DNA of 64,000 nt from contig CAWGPD010000003.1 in NCBI GenBank assembly GCA_963824385.1, forward strand, positions 224,001 through 288,000, in the 5' to 3' direction. Positions within the stretch are counted from its first letter, which is position 1, and each line of letters begins with the position of its first letter. The translations under genes and the position numbers were made by a program. This DNA comes from an uncultured Nitrososphaerota archaeon (lineage in GTDB: Archaea > Thermoproteota > Nitrososphaeria > Nitrososphaerales > Nitrosopumilaceae). The notes beneath the pieces are model-generated. The model did no database searches. It was not told the origin of the DNA and saw nothing but the letters and a program-made list of their open reading frames with translations. Below are positions 61,458-64,000 of the stretch, one piece after another.

Positions 61458-62426
61458 TTGTATTTGACTGGAAAAATTCCTTTAGATCAATTGATGAAAC
61501 AAAAAGTTGTACTTTTTGATGGTGCGATGGGAACAGAGATTCAAAAACTAAATCCACGACCAGAAGACTTTCCTGATGGCAAAGAAGGATTCAATGACGG
61601 ATTGTCGTTTACCAGACCTGACTGGATTAAGAATATTCACAGATCATATTTACGTGCAGGAGCAGATTGTGTTGAGACTAATACATTTGGTTCAAACAAG
61701 CTAAAGTTAGAAGAATATGGTTATGGTGATCAAACACTAGAATATAACAAAAAGATTGCCGAGCTTGCAGTTGAAGTTACTAAAGAATTTACAGACAAGC
61801 CACGGTATGTCATTGGCTCTATGGGTCCAACTGGCTTTCTTCCAAGCTCAAATGATCCATCACTTGGACAAATAAAACTCGATGAGATTAGAGAAGCATT
61901 TGAGATCCAAGCAGAAGGTCTCATACTTGGAGGAGTTGACGCACTACTAATTGAAACAAGTCAGGATATTTTGGAAGTAAAACTTGCAATTGAGGCATGT
62001 CATAACGCATTTAAAAAAACTGGCAAGAAAGTTCCAATTATTGCAAATGTTACATTGGATAAATACGGCAAGATGCTTCTTGGCACAAATATACAAGCTG
62101 CATATACTACAGTCTCTGAGATGGGAATTGATGCCTTTGGTCTAAACTGTTCCACTGGACCCAATGAAATGATTCCTAGTGTACAATGGCTCAACGAGCA
62201 AAATGAATTACCGCTACTTGTTGTACCGAATGCTGGAATGCCAGAAAACCAAGGGGGAAGGGCAGTATACAAAATGGCGCCACCTGAGATGGCCAAAGTA
62301 ATGACGGATTTTTTATCACAATATCCAAAAGTGAGAATAATTGGAGGATGCTGTGGAACAAACGTGGACCACATCTCTCTTTTACGTAAAGTAATTGACG
62401 AAAAGGCGACAGAAAATAATCGCTAG
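61458..62426 (+). CDS. metH: Methionine synthase, homocysteine-binding module (split MetH)
   Basis: DGAMGT, ETNTFG, GLNCSTGP, PNAG.P and GGCCGT. Confidence 0.93.
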   Translation: MYLTGKIPLDQLMKQKVVLFDGAMGTEIQKLNPRPEDFPDGKEGFNDGLSFTRPDWIKNIHRSYLRAGADCVETNTFGSNKLKLEEYGYGDQTLEYNKKIAELAVEVTKEFTDKPRYVIGSMGPTGFLPSSNDPSLGQIKLDEIREAFEIQAEGLILGGVDALLIETSQDILEVKLAIEACHNAFKKTGKKVPIIANVTLDKYGKMLLGTNIQAAYTTVSEMGIDAFGLNCSTGPNEMIPSVQWLNEQNELPLLVVPNAGMPENQGGRAVYKMAPPEMAKVMTDFLSQYPKVRIIGGCCGTNVDHISLLRKVIDEKATENNR

Positions 62427-62443
62427 GTATTTAGAAAAAGTGA

Positions 62444-64000
62444 TTGAGAACAACATTGTTGAAAACTCCTAGAGTCAGTTCTGCATTAAAGGCAGTAGAT
62501 CTTAGACAAAATCCTGCTCCATTGATAATTGGAGAGAGGCTAAACGCCCAAGGCTCTAAAAAGGCAAAGGAATGTGTCCTAAATGACAATTTTGAGGAAC
62601 TGGTAAAACTTGCAAGAGACCAGGTAGATGACGGAGCACATTGCCTTGATGTCTGTGTAGCAACAACTGAACGCTCAGACGAACTTGAATTTATGAAAAA
62701 ACTTGTAAAATTACTAAGCTTGGAAATTGATGCACCACTAGTTATTGATTCAACAGAACCCAAAGTAATTGCAATTGCACTTGAACAAATTCCTGGAAAA
62801 CCTATCATAAACTCAATAAATCTGGAAGGTGATGGAAGCAGGTTTCATTTGCTTGCTCCGCTTATGGTAAAGTATGGGGTTCCAGCTGTTGCCATGTGTA
62901 TTGGGCCAAAGGGGATGGCAAAAACCCCTCAAGAAAAACTAGAGACTGCAGAACTGTTGGTTGAAACTGGAAAAAAATATGGACTAACTGAAGAGCATTT
63001 CATTTTTGATGTCTTGACATTTACCTTGGCCACAGGAGAGGCTGAATTTCTAGATGCTGGAAAAAATACCCTAGAAGGAATTCGTCTTGTAAAACAAAAA
63101 TTTCCAAATTCCTTTACAACCCTTGGACTAAGTAACGTTAGTTTTGGTTTAGCACCACGTGCAAGAAAAATTCTTAATGCCGTATTTTTATTTCATGCAG
63201 TAAAAAATGGATTAGATACAGTCATAATTAATCCAAAGGATGTCATACCTTATACTGAAATTGATGAAAAAGAAAAAAAACTTTCTGAGGATCTAATATT
63301 TAACAAACACCCTAATGCACTTGCTGACTTTATCACATATTTTGAAAGTTCAAAAGGTACAACTCAAGCAACAGCTAAAAAAATAGATGTAGATCCTACA
63401 TGGCCAGCAGGGAAAAGATCAAACTTTAGAATAGTAAACAGACTAAAGGATGGGATAGAAAATGACGTCGTAAGTGCAATAGCTGAAAAAATTTCTGTAA
63501 AATTTAATCTGGTGGAAAAGGATGGTAAAATTATAATTGATGCTCCTAAAGATGTGACTCACCAAGCTGCTATTTTGACACTAAACGAAGATCTCCTGCC
63601 TGCAATGAAGGAGGTTGGAGACAAGTTTGGCTCTGGAGAATTGATCCTTCCATTTGTACTCAAATCTGCAGAATGCATGAAGGCATCTGTTGCAGAACTT
63701 GAAAAATATCTCTTAAAAGAAGAAGGATCTAGTAAAGGAAAACTGGTTCTTGGAACAGTTTATGGCGACGTGCATGATATTGGAAAAAATCTCGTAAAAA
63801 CCATTTTTGAAAACAATGGATATACTGTATATGATCTCGGAAAACAAGTTCCATTACAAAAATTCTTGGAAAAAATAGAAGAGGTAAATGCCGACGCCAT
63901 TGGACTTTCTGCACTCTTGGTATCAACATCAAAACAAATGCAGTATTTTGTAGAACATGCAAGAAAGAACAACATGAACATTCCTGTACTTTGTGGTGGT
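62444..64000 (+). CDS. metH: Methionine synthase, pterin- and cobalamin-binding modules (runs off the window end)
   Basis: IIGERLNAQGSK, IDST, INSINLE, GLSNVSFG, LPFVLKSAE and B12 motif GDVHDIGKNLV; TTG start at 62444-62459. Confidence 0.93.
   Translation, partial: MRTTLLKTPRVSSALKAVDLRQNPAPLIIGERLNAQGSKKAKECVLNDNFEELVKLARDQVDDGAHCLDVCVATTERSDELEFMKKLVKLLSLEIDAPLVIDSTEPKVIAIALEQIPGKPIINSINLEGDGSRFHLLAPLMVKYGVPAVAMCIGPKGMAKTPQEKLETAELLVETGKKYGLTEEHFIFDVLTFTLATGEAEFLDAGKNTLEGIRLVKQKFPNSFTTLGLSNVSFGLAPRARKILNAVFLFHAVKNGLDTVIINPKDVIPYTEIDEKEKKLSEDLIFNKHPNALADFITYFESSKGTTQATAKKIDVDPTWPAGKRSNFRIVNRLKDGIENDVVSAIAEKISVKFNLVEKDGKIIIDAPKDVTHQAAILTLNEDLLPAMKEVGDKFGSGELILPFVLKSAECMKASVAELEKYLLKEEGSSKGKLVLGTVYGDVHDIGKNLVKTIFENNGYTVYDLGKQVPLQKFLEKIEEVNADAIGLSALLVSTSKQMQYFVEHARKNNMNIPVLCGG

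Overview
AT-rich archaeal chromosome segment from an ammonia-oxidiser-type Nitrososphaerota (Thaumarchaeota). Lineage markers are a eukaryote-like topoisomerase IB, the ADP-forming 3-hydroxypropionyl-CoA synthetase plus dehydratase pair of the HP/HB cycle, a TFE-beta/RPC34 homologue, and LysW-dependent Lys/Arg genes. Most of the window is core genome: RNA modification, pyrD/pyrK, radA, the rpl21e operon, dnaG, flavin synthesis, the argG-lysW-argX-lysYZJM-hcs-lysW-lysX-lysK cluster and metF/metH. It also has two tRNAs and a small accessory-looking block at about 24.7-28.6 kb. I saw no CRISPR array, transposase or integrase. Most notable: (1) all 13 reading-frame breaks I traced, many in essential genes, lie in or next to AGCT or GATC, which points to methylation-induced base-calling errors rather than pseudogenes; (2) an unannotated ~76-nt structured RNA candidate near radA; (3) a second LysW carrier ending in EDWGQ instead of EDWGE; (4) a Grs/Gms-like radical SAM lipid-cyclase candidate; (5) tRNA-Met with a non-canonical 30/31 intron and a clear BHB motif. 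Family assignments come from recognising motifs by eye, not from database searches.
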